The notes beneath the pieces were generated by a model, which saw only the letters and a list, made by a program, of their open reading frames with translations, was not told where the DNA came from and searched no databases. A stretch of 64,000 nt of DNA, taken from positions 8,246,001 to 8,310,000 of the forward strand of contig CM035355.1 of assembly GCA_020137815.1 (NCBI GenBank), read 5' to 3'. This stretch comes from Hormiphora californensis. Lineage: Eukaryota; Animalia; Ctenophora. Both the position numbers and the translations under genes were made by a program. Shown piece after piece: positions 53,101-64,000 of this stretch (position 1 is its first letter; each line of letters opens with the position of its first letter).

Positions 53101-53470
53101 GACCCCATCTGAGCGCACTGTCAAATCGGGGTCTGGCGCCGCAGACAGTCACTTACTTACATAGCACCTCTGACAGTCACTTACTTACATAGCACCTCTG
53201 AAAACCGGGGGTATCGAACTCCAAACTATACTAATTTAGTAGTATAATTGGTAGTGTACTTATAGTTTCGAACTAGTACTCTAATAATTATACTAATTAC
53301 TTTTAATTACTATTTACATTATTACTAATGATAATGTAATTAGTAGTAATAATAATGTAATTACTTTTAATTACTAATTACATTATTACTAATGATAATG
53401 TAATTAGTAGTAATAATATTACTAACCTGTCATTCTCGAAGTTTATCATTTGAAACCCGACATTCGCCAT
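38147..53470 (-). CDS. Shaker-family (Kv1-like) voltage-gated K+ channel subunit
   Basis: Exons: 53427-53470 (putative ATG exon; phase fits but less certain), 44013-44164, 43611-43765, 43396-43496, 42816-42871, 42032-42176, 41041-41200, 40801-40902, ~40559-40666, ~40278-40358, 40015-40032, ~39639-39823, ~39284-39408, ~39057-39136, 38147-38326. T1 domain IVINVSG..TLARFPETLLG..FFDRH..ILYYYQS; S4 ILRVLRLFRVLRVFKLSRHSK; pore WWAVVTVTTLGYGDMVP; S6 GILVIAFQMPIMVAKF. Confidence 0.93.
41560..42040 (-). repeat. Donor-echo array, ~52-bp unit x ~10
   Basis: Minus-strand unit GACC(C/T)TCCAG|GTA...; the true donor is at 42031. Confidence 0.92.
44130..45112 (-). repeat. Acceptor-echo array, 61-bp unit x ~16
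   Basis: Minus-strand unit CTAACATTCTCCCCCCGTTACCCAG|GAAACGACACCTCAACACAAAGGAGAAGCAYCAY. Confidence 0.93.
46630..50075 (-). mobile_element. Degenerate CR1/L2-type LINE (APE + RT, preceded by SGNH-esterase-like ORF1 end) in Kv intron
   Basis: Broken minus-strand motifs: ENWLN and DLILTN (APE); GPDNI, NYRPISL, DIVYFDFAK, SILGPL, LYADDLKI (RT); EKDLGI and YLSLVRSLLEHCSQIWRP. Upstream WLDCFDDFL..GMLHPSALG resembles the esterase HP motif. Confidence 0.85.
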
Positions 53471-56400
53471 CTTCTATCTTGCAATATCTTCTCCTCACAT
53501 CACTACTATATCATAACATAACATCCGCCATATAACTGCTATAGTAAAACCTGTAATTATTTGTTTAGTTGTTACTTTTGTAACTCCATGGTGCTTTACA
53601 GATTCAATATTATACAAGCTGGACAACTTAATCCACTTATAATCTCTAAGCTGACATTTCTAAAAATTTATGCTGCTGCTGCTAAGTGGGCCAAGTTCCA
53701 AGTTCCAGAAGGCTAAGTGTGAAGGAGGTGTGAAGCGGGTGTGAAAGAGCCGTGTGAACTCTTTCCAACCGTTTAACTGAAAAGTTGCCACAATAACAAA
53801 ATATTATTTAAACAGCTGATTAGTCGACTTATTAGTTCAGAATGGTTGTCAATTGTCATGACAACATAACATGTTGATTCAGATTTCTGCAGAATGGATA
53901 ATAGTTGTTAACCGGGCAAGAACTGCTGCAGAAAAACTAACAAAAAACTGTCAATTTTAGACCCTCAATTAACCGCGTGGTAGATAAACCATGGAAAGAA
54001 TTACAACTGCGGTTTTTTACTTTTGGCCGCGGGCTATACCTATAATACGTCATTACGAGTTATCAGAACGTGTGTCCCATATTGTGAGATACACACAATA
54101 ATTATAAGGGTTTGATAATTACCCACAACCCCACAGAGAGAGAGAGGGAGAGAGAGGGCTGGGGGTGCTAAAAGACAGCAGACGTATTGAAGGGGGCCCG
54201 GGGGAGACTTGGTGAATTGGTGGGGCTGAGAGAGAGGGACTCTCTCTCATCAGGTCACAGACATAACACAGATCAGAGCGGGAGAGCAGAGAAGTGAGGG
54301 GCGTGTGAGAGAAAGAGTGGGTAGCAATTGGTCAGAGTGATAGATAGACCGCAGATATGCATGTGTTCAATTGTCTGATAATAAGATGCAAATATATTAT
54401 GATGCAAATTGGAACAAATTCAAGTTGCTGCCATGGCATGGGCAGATGGAGATGTTAATATCATACTGTTGTTATGGTTTCATAAATTCCAATTGGTAGA
54501 TTCAAGATTTCAAGATTCAATCGCTGACCGAGGTTCGCCCTAAAAGTAAATGAAAATGTGAATACTGTTCATATGGCATATGCCCACATGGTGTATAGCA
54601 GAAAAAAGACCCGGTTAGATAGCCTAGCGGTAGCTAGGGTTCATATCCAAGTCCACATCCCACACATATAGTAGGATAGTTTAGGAGAATTATGAATAGG
54701 AGGATGAAGAATAGGAGGGAGATATGGAAATAATAGGAGACTAGGAGAATGAATAGTAGGAGAGTTTTTTAGCGTTTTGGCATGAACTGTAAACGTTTAA
54801 GAACAAACATAGCGGTTTGGTGGACAGAACAGATATAGCCGCCCCCCCGGAGCGCAGCGCGTAGCTCGCTCGCTCGTCTCTCTCTCTCCGAATATCGCTC
54901 GCTCTATCTCTCGATAGCTCTCTATATGTCTCTATATATATCTCTCCTACAGACTCTCTGCTCCTCTCGCGCTCTCTCCTCTCTCTCTCTCCCCCCCCCT
55001 CCTTCTCTTCTCATACTCTCTCGGGAAATGGAATCATTCAAATGAAGTTTCAGTTCGACCCGCAGATCAGCGGGCCTCCTTAGTACGGGCGGCAAGATGA
55101 CGAAAAGAGAGAGAGAAGAGGGAGCAAGGGAAAAAAGCAAGGCATTACTATTATACAGAATCAGGAATCTTTATTCATTGAAAAGATGATCGAGCAGCAT
55201 CAGAAATATAAAAAGAGAATAAATGACTTCAGAAGACTTTATTGTCCCAGATATCCAAAGAATTAATAAGCGAAAGTAATAAGGGAAAAATATTAACAAA
55301 AGAATCACGTGTATTGGTAGAGAAGAGATGAGCAAAGGGCTGTCGGAAAATATATGTAGGGCCAAATATCAAAGAATTTCTTTGGAAGGACGAAAGCAAA
55401 GGTGCGATGCAAGGAAAGAGAGAACGCCGCCAGGAATGACCAGGATCTCCCTCACCATACGACCCACCTCCACTCACCCCTCCATACCACAAATACCCAA
55501 GCTTCCTTCTCTCCCCTCCCTACCCAATTTTCGGAAACCGAGACAAGAATCGATTTAAATTTTGTAAAATAAGAAAAATATTATAAAATTAAAATATATT
55601 AAAGAGAAGATAAGAAAGAAACAAATTTCTAAAAAACTACAACAAAAGGGCCCCACCGTTTCCCGCTTTTTTTCTCTTTACACAAAATTTCCAAAAGGCC
55701 ACAAAAAAAAAAGTCCAATGTTATTGCAACAATTCGCCCCACATGTTATTATAAATTGATCCATCTAATATAAACGTATGCCTAACAATTTACAGACACA
55801 AGTTGGAGAAAAAGAGGGGAGGAGGGAGAGAGAGAAGACGAGAGGAGAGAGAGAGAAAGAGCAGCAGGGAAAGAGAGAGGAGAATAGACGGACTAGAGAG
55901 AAGATAGAGAGAGAAGCGAGAGAGGAGAGAGAGAGCAGAGAGAGGAGACGAGAGAGAGAGAATATATAGAGGAAAAGAGCATGCGGAAGAGCAGAGATAG
56001 AGATACGAGAAGAAGAGAGATAGTAGATCGTAGCGAGCGAGCAGAGCGAGAGAGAGAGTGAGAGCGATGAGAGAGAAGCGAGAGAGAGCGAGACACTTCT
56101 CACTCCTAATCGACTCTCTCATTATTCTCTAATAACTCTCTCTATCGTCTCTCTCGCTCACTTTCTCAGGGAAAGTGCCGAAACCTAGGCACCATTTGTA
56201 ACTATGCTAAAAGAGCTGACCCAAAAGAGCGTGAACAGACTCATACTACATCTCTCGATCTTAAATCACAATTCAGAAGGTCTGTGTTTAAATGATCTAC
56301 TAGTTGGGGCTACAACAGTAGCTGCTTTTCAGTTTACTGATTCACTGTGTTGAAGTGAACTGGGTAAATTGTTACTAAATACAGTGTTATCGAGAGGAGA

Positions 56401-56743
56401 GTGTTATAGAGGAGATATAAATTTATAATTAGAAGCACATATGAAAAACAAGGATTAGGTATAGCGTAAATATTGTAAAAAGAAAATCCACATCTGGCGG
56501 ACGGCCTGCTCGATCAATAATAACAGGTCACGTACACGGCAATGATATGAGGAAGTATATCAGTTCAGAACTGGGAGAGTGAATATTGATGAAAAATGAA
56601 AATAGTGATCAGCGTGACACCAAATTTCGAAATTGTGCCCAACTTATTCGGGTCGAGAGCGAGCAAAACTTTGAAACAAGAGGTTTTGTTCAAACTAAAG
56701 TTTTGTCAACAAAGTCAATGATTCTTCAGTGAAATAGTGAATA

Positions 56744-56922
56744 CAGTCGGACCCCGATTTAGTGGCCCCGGGGCCCCCGATTTATTGGCACCCCGATTTA
56801 GTGGCAGGATAATCTTCCCCCGATATAGGAAATTAACAGTATTTGACCCCGATTTAGTGGACACCCCGATTTAGTGGACAAAACCCTTTCCCCGAAGATG
56901 CCACTAAATCGGGGTCCGACTG
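56744..56922. mobile_element. 179-bp MITE of the CAGTCGGACCCCG family
   Basis: Same TIRs as 12304-13585, flanked by TA. Confidence 0.88.
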
Positions 56923-59747
56923 TAGTTGAATCGGTTGTAATCTCCAGAAAAATTTTAAACAGGTTTTAGCCAGAATAAGTAGATATTTTGACTAAACAAC
57001 ACGAAGGTTCAATAAGTTAAACTAAATTGTGCATCTCTCTAGCAACATTTTGCATGATAATCGGAATTGAAGCAGTGTCAGCTTGTACAAAAACACACAT
57101 GTGACTAATGACATGGCCACATGTCCCTAATTGTTGTACCTTGGACATGGGTCAATCTCAACAATCTTGGACAGGACCTAATCTTGGCATTATGATAAAC
57201 TTAGCCTGGACTGGTATTAAGCTATATGTGTATTATTATATAAGCAGAGAAAGTAAATAGAAAGGGGGAAAGGGGGGGGGGGGGGGGGGGGGGCAAGGTT
57301 AGCCGGAATAACGTCTGTTAAAGTTTTTAACAAATGAAGCACGGGGGGAGGGATTAAAAAAGGGATAAGGGTAGATCTCATTCCTCGTTATATCTATCCC
57401 TTCTAGCTTTCTTCTCTCTATCTCTCCTCTAACTCATCTCCCGCCCTATCAATGGCATTAGTGCGTCTGTGGAGTGTGTGTATTATACTGCTGTGCTGAT
57501 CTTTGGGAGTGTGTGGGATAGCTGGATAAATGGAAAAAGATAGAAAGACAGTGTTAGAGAGCAATACAAGGAAGATCCCAGCTGGGAAGACATGCACAGC
57601 TCGATAGTTTTCACACAACATCAAACATGATGGCAGATATGTTAAAACTTCAATTTACCCCCCTCCCTCGAAGAATATCAAAATATAGAAGCCAAGCCCC
57701 TCTGTTACTGCAGAATTAACAATGGTATTGAACAAATTGGGTAACATTGTTACTTATAAAACAAGATAGATCAACTGCAAATTGGATCAGCTGAAAAACA
57801 ATTTGATATTTTCTACTACATTACCAACAATGCAAATAGTTCCAAGTATATTTATAAGTGAAGCTACTGTACTGTTACTATAAGCTGTGGAAAAGAGGAG
57901 CATTTCAGATTGTGTTATACAAGAGCTCAGCTGTCATTCTTCTGAATAGAAGAGAGAAATAGGAGGAAAGATGTTAAATAGGTCATTCATGTTCTTTCTG
58001 TCCCCTCAGGAAATACTGGTCCCTGATTGGCTGATAACCAGTCACGTGACCTAAATAACGAGCTCTGATTGGTTGTTTACCAACTTTCTGATTCTCTCTC
58101 TATTCCTTCGAATAGTTAATTGAAATCTCTTAATCACTACTCGTGATATAACGTGTGTTACACATTATAGTAGTGATTGTGTATTGCATTACTCATTGCG
58201 GTTAACTTAATACAGTTATAGTACTGGAACTAGTCACGATATATAGTACTGGAACTAGTCACGATATAGTGCTGAAACTAGTCACGATATAGTGCTGAAA
58301 CTAGTCACCATAAGTCACATGTCCGGTGTCAGACACAAACCATGATCAGTCCACTTTCGATCGTTGACATGGTTTGGCAATTTCAGAGTCCTCGTCCTTT
58401 CTATTACTATTTCTATTTCTCTGTCTATTTCTCTTCTCGCTCACTCTCTTCTCGCTCCATGACATGCTGCACACAGGCAATAGTTCAACTTCAAGGAAAC
58501 ACTAAAACAGTTCACGTTATAATGCTAGCCTCTATGACATATATTGAACATGGATATAAAACTAAAAGCAAGAAAGTAGTATAACGCAAACGTCTACTTT
58601 GTCTACAGCAGCTGTAGCATAGCTTTACAGTAGATTCCGTTTCCAACAGTTTCCAGCAGCTTTCAAAATCTTCCTAAGGCTTCACTTTGTTAACTAGACT
58701 AACTAAACTAGACTAGCTGACTAAAAGCCATGCATGAATACACACAGGGAAAATAATGTTACATTCCTTCACTCTTAAACTCAGATTGTGAAGGTGTGAG
58801 GATTGGTAACACCCCCACTCCTCCTACGTGGACTGATTCGTGATTTCAGGTTTCAGGAAAAATGGCGGGCCGCCCGAGGTATAAGGGCAAACTGTTTCTC
58901 CCAAACTATTTAGGACCGACTCAGGTCAGACCTATCCCTGACTTTAAGGAATAAACAGTCACAAAACCGTCGACCAAATGTGACAGGAAACGGAGATCGG
59001 GTCCAGTGGAAAAACCTGGCCTGACCAGGTTAGGCAACGAAAGTTTCCCCAAACTTTATAGCCGTCTGGCGGCGCCAACCCCATTTTCACTTTTCAGCCT
59101 TCAGATACATTCACAAAAGACGTCCAAATGTGAGGAGGAGAGGGGGGGGGTGTCTCAACAATTTGGATACATGGGAGCACAAAGAACAAGGATTACTATG
59201 GAAGGGAAACATTGTACAGGGAAGGATGAGGAGGAGAAGAAGAAAGGGAAGGGAGTAGGAGGGAGAGAAGAATGGAGATGAGAGGAGAGAGGAGACTGAA
59301 GAGAGGGATAGGGAGCATGAGACCAGGAGGGGAGAATTTAGGGACATAATGGGAAGAGGGAAAATGTGATCGAAGACACAAGAGGGATGGGGGCATCGGA
59401 ATGATTAGGATTATATGAAGAGCAAATATGTGGAGGCGTAGGCGTGAGGTGTACAAATATGATAACAGAAAAACCACTAGAGAAGATAAGAAAGTAGATG
59501 GAGGGATTTAAACGAGGGACTATAATATATATAATGTGTGACAAGTCCAGTTCACGTAAAACAGTTGCGTACATGTTAATTAATGAGAGGGACTAGACAA
59601 GTTATACACGCAAACCAGGTGAAAAGAGGGTGGGAACTAGGAAAGAGAGAGCAGCTGTAGCTGTACCTACAACGCTTTAAAAAATCAATGGTATCCATTT
59701 GGTGAAACGAGCTCCACCAGTCCTGGTGTGTATAAGGAGCGCTCTCC

Positions 59748-59849
<102 letters not shown>

Positions 59850-60530
59850 CCCTCCCTCGCTCTCTCTTTTTTGCTCTCTAGTCTCTCTATCTCAGTCTCT
59901 CTCTATAAACGTCCATCCCCCACTATGACTGTATTGCTCTCCCTCTCACACACACAAGACTTCAAAGACTAGAATGCTCTGTCTCTCTCTCTCTCTCCCA
60001 CTATTTCTAGCCGATCTCTCCATCTCCTGCCCGTCTCCTTCTCTGATTCTCTAGGTTGTTTCTGAGTAAGATTCTGAATGAAACTGAAAACTTTCCGTGA
60101 TTGAAGCTCCCTTTTTGTGAGAGAGGCTCTCTTTTTCGAGAATATGCTTTTTCTTAGTAAAGACGTACCAAAGACGTATCAAACGCACAAGAGAACTTTT
60201 TATAAACGATGTAGGTACCTATTACGTTTATAATAATCCGTAGTCACTTCCGTCTTGGTACCATACCGATACGAGTCGGTAAGAAACATTCACTGCCTAT
60301 TCAAAATAGTATAATGGACAGAAGATTGATCCTTAGTGCCTCGCAAACGATAAGTGTTGTTTCTCATCAATTATCAAATATTCCCCCATGTCAAACACAG
60401 CACAACTGTGGACCACTCGAAAGGATGGTATCCGAATTTCCAAACACCTCGCGTAAGCTCAAACCGGGCCTTCGGCCCAGTGCTGAGAGCCTAGAGACTG
60501 GGAACATGTCAACAGAACACCCCATGTCAT

Positions 60531-60565
<35 letters not shown>

Positions 60566-60867
60566 GTTTATCTGGTTTTATTCGTGCTCTCTTCAGTCCG
60601 ATACAGATGACCGCTCGAAACAATCTGAACACGTTAGGAGGATCCACGGCCGGAACTGAACAAGAGATCGGATTGATTCGCCTGACACCGTGTCGAATAT
60701 GAATGAACAATTCGGATCTGGGAAAAATTCCTGTTGCAAGTCCAAGTGTTTTGTTCCCAAAACTTTCCCACGCTCCCTGCGCGCGTTAATTTCGCGCAGA
60801 GATCCTACCAAGTGAGTACTCGCGCGCTCCGACTAACCAAGATTTCATTTAGAAAAAGTACATAAAG

Positions 60868-61013
60868 TCCATTTTTTTTCAACTGTTCACCCAAAATTGA
60901 AATTTCAGTGAAATTTAGAATTTTCGTGGCGCGCGCTATACGTTAACATGTGATAGACGCGCAAAACAATTCCGCGCACGACTTTGGGGGGTGAACAGTT
61001 GAAAAAAAATGGA
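60868..61013. mobile_element. ~145-bp MITE-like element
   Basis: Inverted ends TCCATTTTTTTTCAACTGTTCACCC / GGGTGAACAGTTGAAAAAAAATGGA. Confidence 0.6.
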
Positions 61014-61441
61014 GTATAAAACAACAAGATTCGACCGAGATTTTGGTGCTGTACGTGACGTCAGGGAACAAAGGGTAAAACTCGTGTTTTACAACAATTC
61101 AAAATTAAACATTATTAAACAATCGTTCACAATAATAAACACAAACATTGTAAGCCGGTATAGGCTTCTTATCAAAATAATCAAATGTTCTAATTTCTGC
61201 AATTAATTTACATATCTGGAGTGGGATTCGTTGAATCATGTAAATGAAGGGGTGTATAATATTAAAGAAAATATATATGTGATTCATTGTTCATTTATCT
61301 AGTTCACTCCTTTAAGTCTTCTTCATATTCTTCTTTCTCTTCTACTTCTATTTTTCTGCTCCGTCCCCGTCCCAGCTTTGCCACTGAACCCAACCCCAAT
61401 TCTGCACCTCTCTATCACCAATGTGAGCGTGTCTTTTCTCC

Positions 61442-61540
61442 TCAGCTTTCGTATGAGACACAGAAAGCTTTTTGCATCTGTAATGCCAGTCCAGTAACAT
61501 GCAGTATTCCGTTCTAAGAAAGAGAGAGGGGTTAGAAAGT

Positions 61541-61580
<40 letters not shown>

Positions 61581-61701
61581 GAGAGAGAGATGAGAGAGAG
61601 AGATGAGACGAAGGAGATGAGAGAGAGACGATGAGAGAGAAGAGAGGAGGAGAGAGAGAGAGAGAGAGGAGAATATGAGAGAGAGAGACGAGAGAGGAGA
61701 G

Positions 61702-61769
<68 letters not shown>

Positions 61770-63852
61770 GAGAATTAGTACAATACGGAAATTAAGATTA
61801 CTCTGTTTAATTACCTTGTAAGTGTAATTCGTCCAATCATCTCTGCTCTCGTTGATTTTAACTGTCCTGGGCGCTTTCTCTAACCCACTGAGAGAGAGAG
61901 AGAGACATGTTGTGAGGACAGGGGAGAGAGTAAAGACAGAGAGAGAGTAGAGACAGAGAGAGAGAGTAAAGACAGAGAGAGAGTAAAGACATGTTGAAAT
62001 GTTTACAAAGAACATTGTACAAATGTTCCTGAACGTTTTGAAAGAAACATGACAGTACTGGCTAATGAGTTTTCTAATGGTCGACTTTACTAGAATGAAG
62101 AATCGTGGTAAGAGTTGTCGAGTAAGCAGTGGACAACTACAAGAGACATGACATACAAGAGACATGATCGGACATGATCGGACAGGATTCACCCCCCACA
62201 ATCACACCCATGACAATAGGAGTGTATAATACCTGATAACTATTTCTTGGAGGGTGTTGGTATTATTGTATCCTGGGTAGAGGAGTTTAACTTCACTCGT
62301 TACACGAGTACCGGAGGCGTTGAAGTGAACTGTCTGATACATGTCCTGGGGTAATGTACATGTGAGTGGAGTGTGGATTAGTACATGTCCTGGGGTAATG
62401 TACATGTGAGTGGAGTGTGGATTAGTCTGGTACATGTCCTGGGGTAATGTACATGTGAGTGGAGTGTGGATTAGTCTGGTACATGTCCTGGGTAATGTAC
62501 ATGTGAGTGGAGTGTGGATTAGTCTGGTACATGTCCTGGGGTAATGTACATGTGAGTGGAGTGTGGATTAGTCTGGTACATGTCCTGGGGTAATGTACAT
62601 GTGAGTGGAGTGTGGATTAGTCTGGTACATGTCCTGGGGTAATGTACATGTGAGTGGAGTGTGGATTAGTCTGGTACATGTCCTGGATAGGGGGGGGGGG
62701 GGTAATGTACATGTGATGTACAATGTACATGGGGGTAATATAGTTTACCTTTCGAAGGAAAAGGTTTGGGAATATCAACTTTAAATTCTTCTTCTTTAGT
62801 CTGATTGATAATTTCAACTAACTAATCAATACCTTTGATATCGTGTCTTCAGAAACACCATCATCCACAAACAGGAAGCCTGAAGCTGACTTATCAGCTG
62901 CTAGATATACCTCCACTATGTAGTCCCCTGACTTCAGCCTGGGAGACAGAGAGGGGAGTTAGAGACAGAGAGGAGTTAGAGAAGGGGAGAGAGGGGAGTT
63001 AGAGAGGGGAGTTAGAGAAGGGGAGAGGGATTATAGACAGAGAACTACAAAGCATATTTAAACCAAGAAGCGGAACCCCAAAGGTTTCTCTAATAGTTTC
63101 TATGACTCACATTTCAGAGGTTGAGTTAGCGGTATTTAGATGCCTAACCACCACAGAACCGCCCCTTATAAAGGTAGGAATTGTCTCCATTGTTACCGAG
63201 ATATCCTTCTTCCCATTTCCAGATGTGCTCACTACAGCTCTTGTCTCACCGTCATACCAGAGGTTATCCACCCCACCAGGGAAGTACACCTCCCTCTTTG
63301 TAACTCCCTGAAATTGAATAGCAGTTGTTTGTAACTCCTTGGGGGAGGGTGAGTTTGTTACGGAGGAGAGGAAGGGGAGACCCCACCGGGGAAATACACC
63401 TCCCTCTTTGTAACTCCCTGGGAGGGGGGGGGGGGGATTTTGTTGTTACTAAACCATGTCACAATGGAGGGCATTCAAAATGAAACTGTAACTGTATGAA
63501 CTCAAGGATTTGTAAATGACATTCTACAGCTTGGAACAAGTGACTAAAGTAATTCCCTAACATGTCCCAAGATCACCCGCACCGGGGGAGGGAGAGAGCC
63601 GAGAGGTGTGTTTACCTTTATTGTTACAGGTGTCACCATGATAGCATCTCCCAACATAAACTGACTGACAATGTCCAGTGTTGAATTATCATCTAGATAA
63701 TCAAAGAAGAGTGGTTTAACAACCATAGCTCCAACAGTGTGAGCTAGATAGAACTGGGAGTAGAGGTAGGGGAGGAGCTTGTAACGAGTCTCAATTGATG
63801 TCTTGATACGGGCTGTTGCTTCAGCTGAGAATTCTGTATCCGGTGAGGTACC
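61442..63852 (-). CDS. Glycoside hydrolase family 31 alpha-glucosidase, 3' part (continues beyond window)
   Basis: Exons ~63616-63852, 63111-63307, 62833-62937, 62233-62345, 61817-61887, 61442-61513. Motifs RYKLLPYLYSQFYLAH..G..VVKPLFFDYLDD..QFMLGDAIMVTPV, VYFPG..WYD, IPTFIRGG and SGFLFVDDGVS are typical of the GH31 C-terminal region. Confidence 0.9.
62335..62690 (-). repeat. Acceptor-echo array, ~49-bp unit x 7-8
   Basis: Minus-strand unit CTAATCCACACTCCACTCACATGTACATTACCCCAG|GACATGTAYCAGA. Confidence 0.92.
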
Positions 63853-64000
63853 CTGGAAGGAATGGAGATTGGAGATATTGGAAAGGAATGGAGGTTATAT
63901 AAACAGTAGGGGGTGGTAGATTGGCTGGCTAGTGGACCTCAATTCATGAGAAAACTCAAAACTCCGTTTATAAAACTAACTTTACAATTAGAACTACATA

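Noticed and set aside
61323-62201. 292-aa minus-strand ORF
   Set aside because: Read-through of CT microsatellite introns; only 61817-61887 is a real GH31 exon in that frame.

Overview
Eukaryotic, intron-rich animal DNA, probably from a ctenophore. The dispersed 'GGAAATACTGGTCCCTGATTGGCTGATAACCAGTCACGTGAC' repeat and the CAGTCGGACCCCG transposon ends resemble Pleurobrachia sequence as I recall it; this was not verified. I hand-spliced four multi-exon genes: (1) the 3' part of an ankyrin/6TM TRP channel on + (4114-11851, terminal exon duplicated at 14311-14707); (2) a convergent, near-complete paralogous ankyrin-TRP channel on - (28293-16650); (3) a Shaker/Kv1-like K+ channel on - (53470?-38147) with a degenerate S6 gate (QMP instead of PVP) and a second copy of its last exon across a scaffold gap; (4) the 3' end of a GH31 alpha-glucosidase on -. 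The window also holds a foldback-type palindrome, pogo/Tc1-like elements, MITEs, a decayed CR1/L2-type LINE, minisatellites, two N gaps and several noisy, raw-read-like stretches whose ORFs are spurious. The most striking feature is that about 15 splice junctions across all four genes carry tandem 'echo' arrays built from the exon edge plus its splice signal. The arrays always extend into the intron, and the exon-derived part differs between copies mostly at synonymous positions. All coordinates and counts were read by eye.
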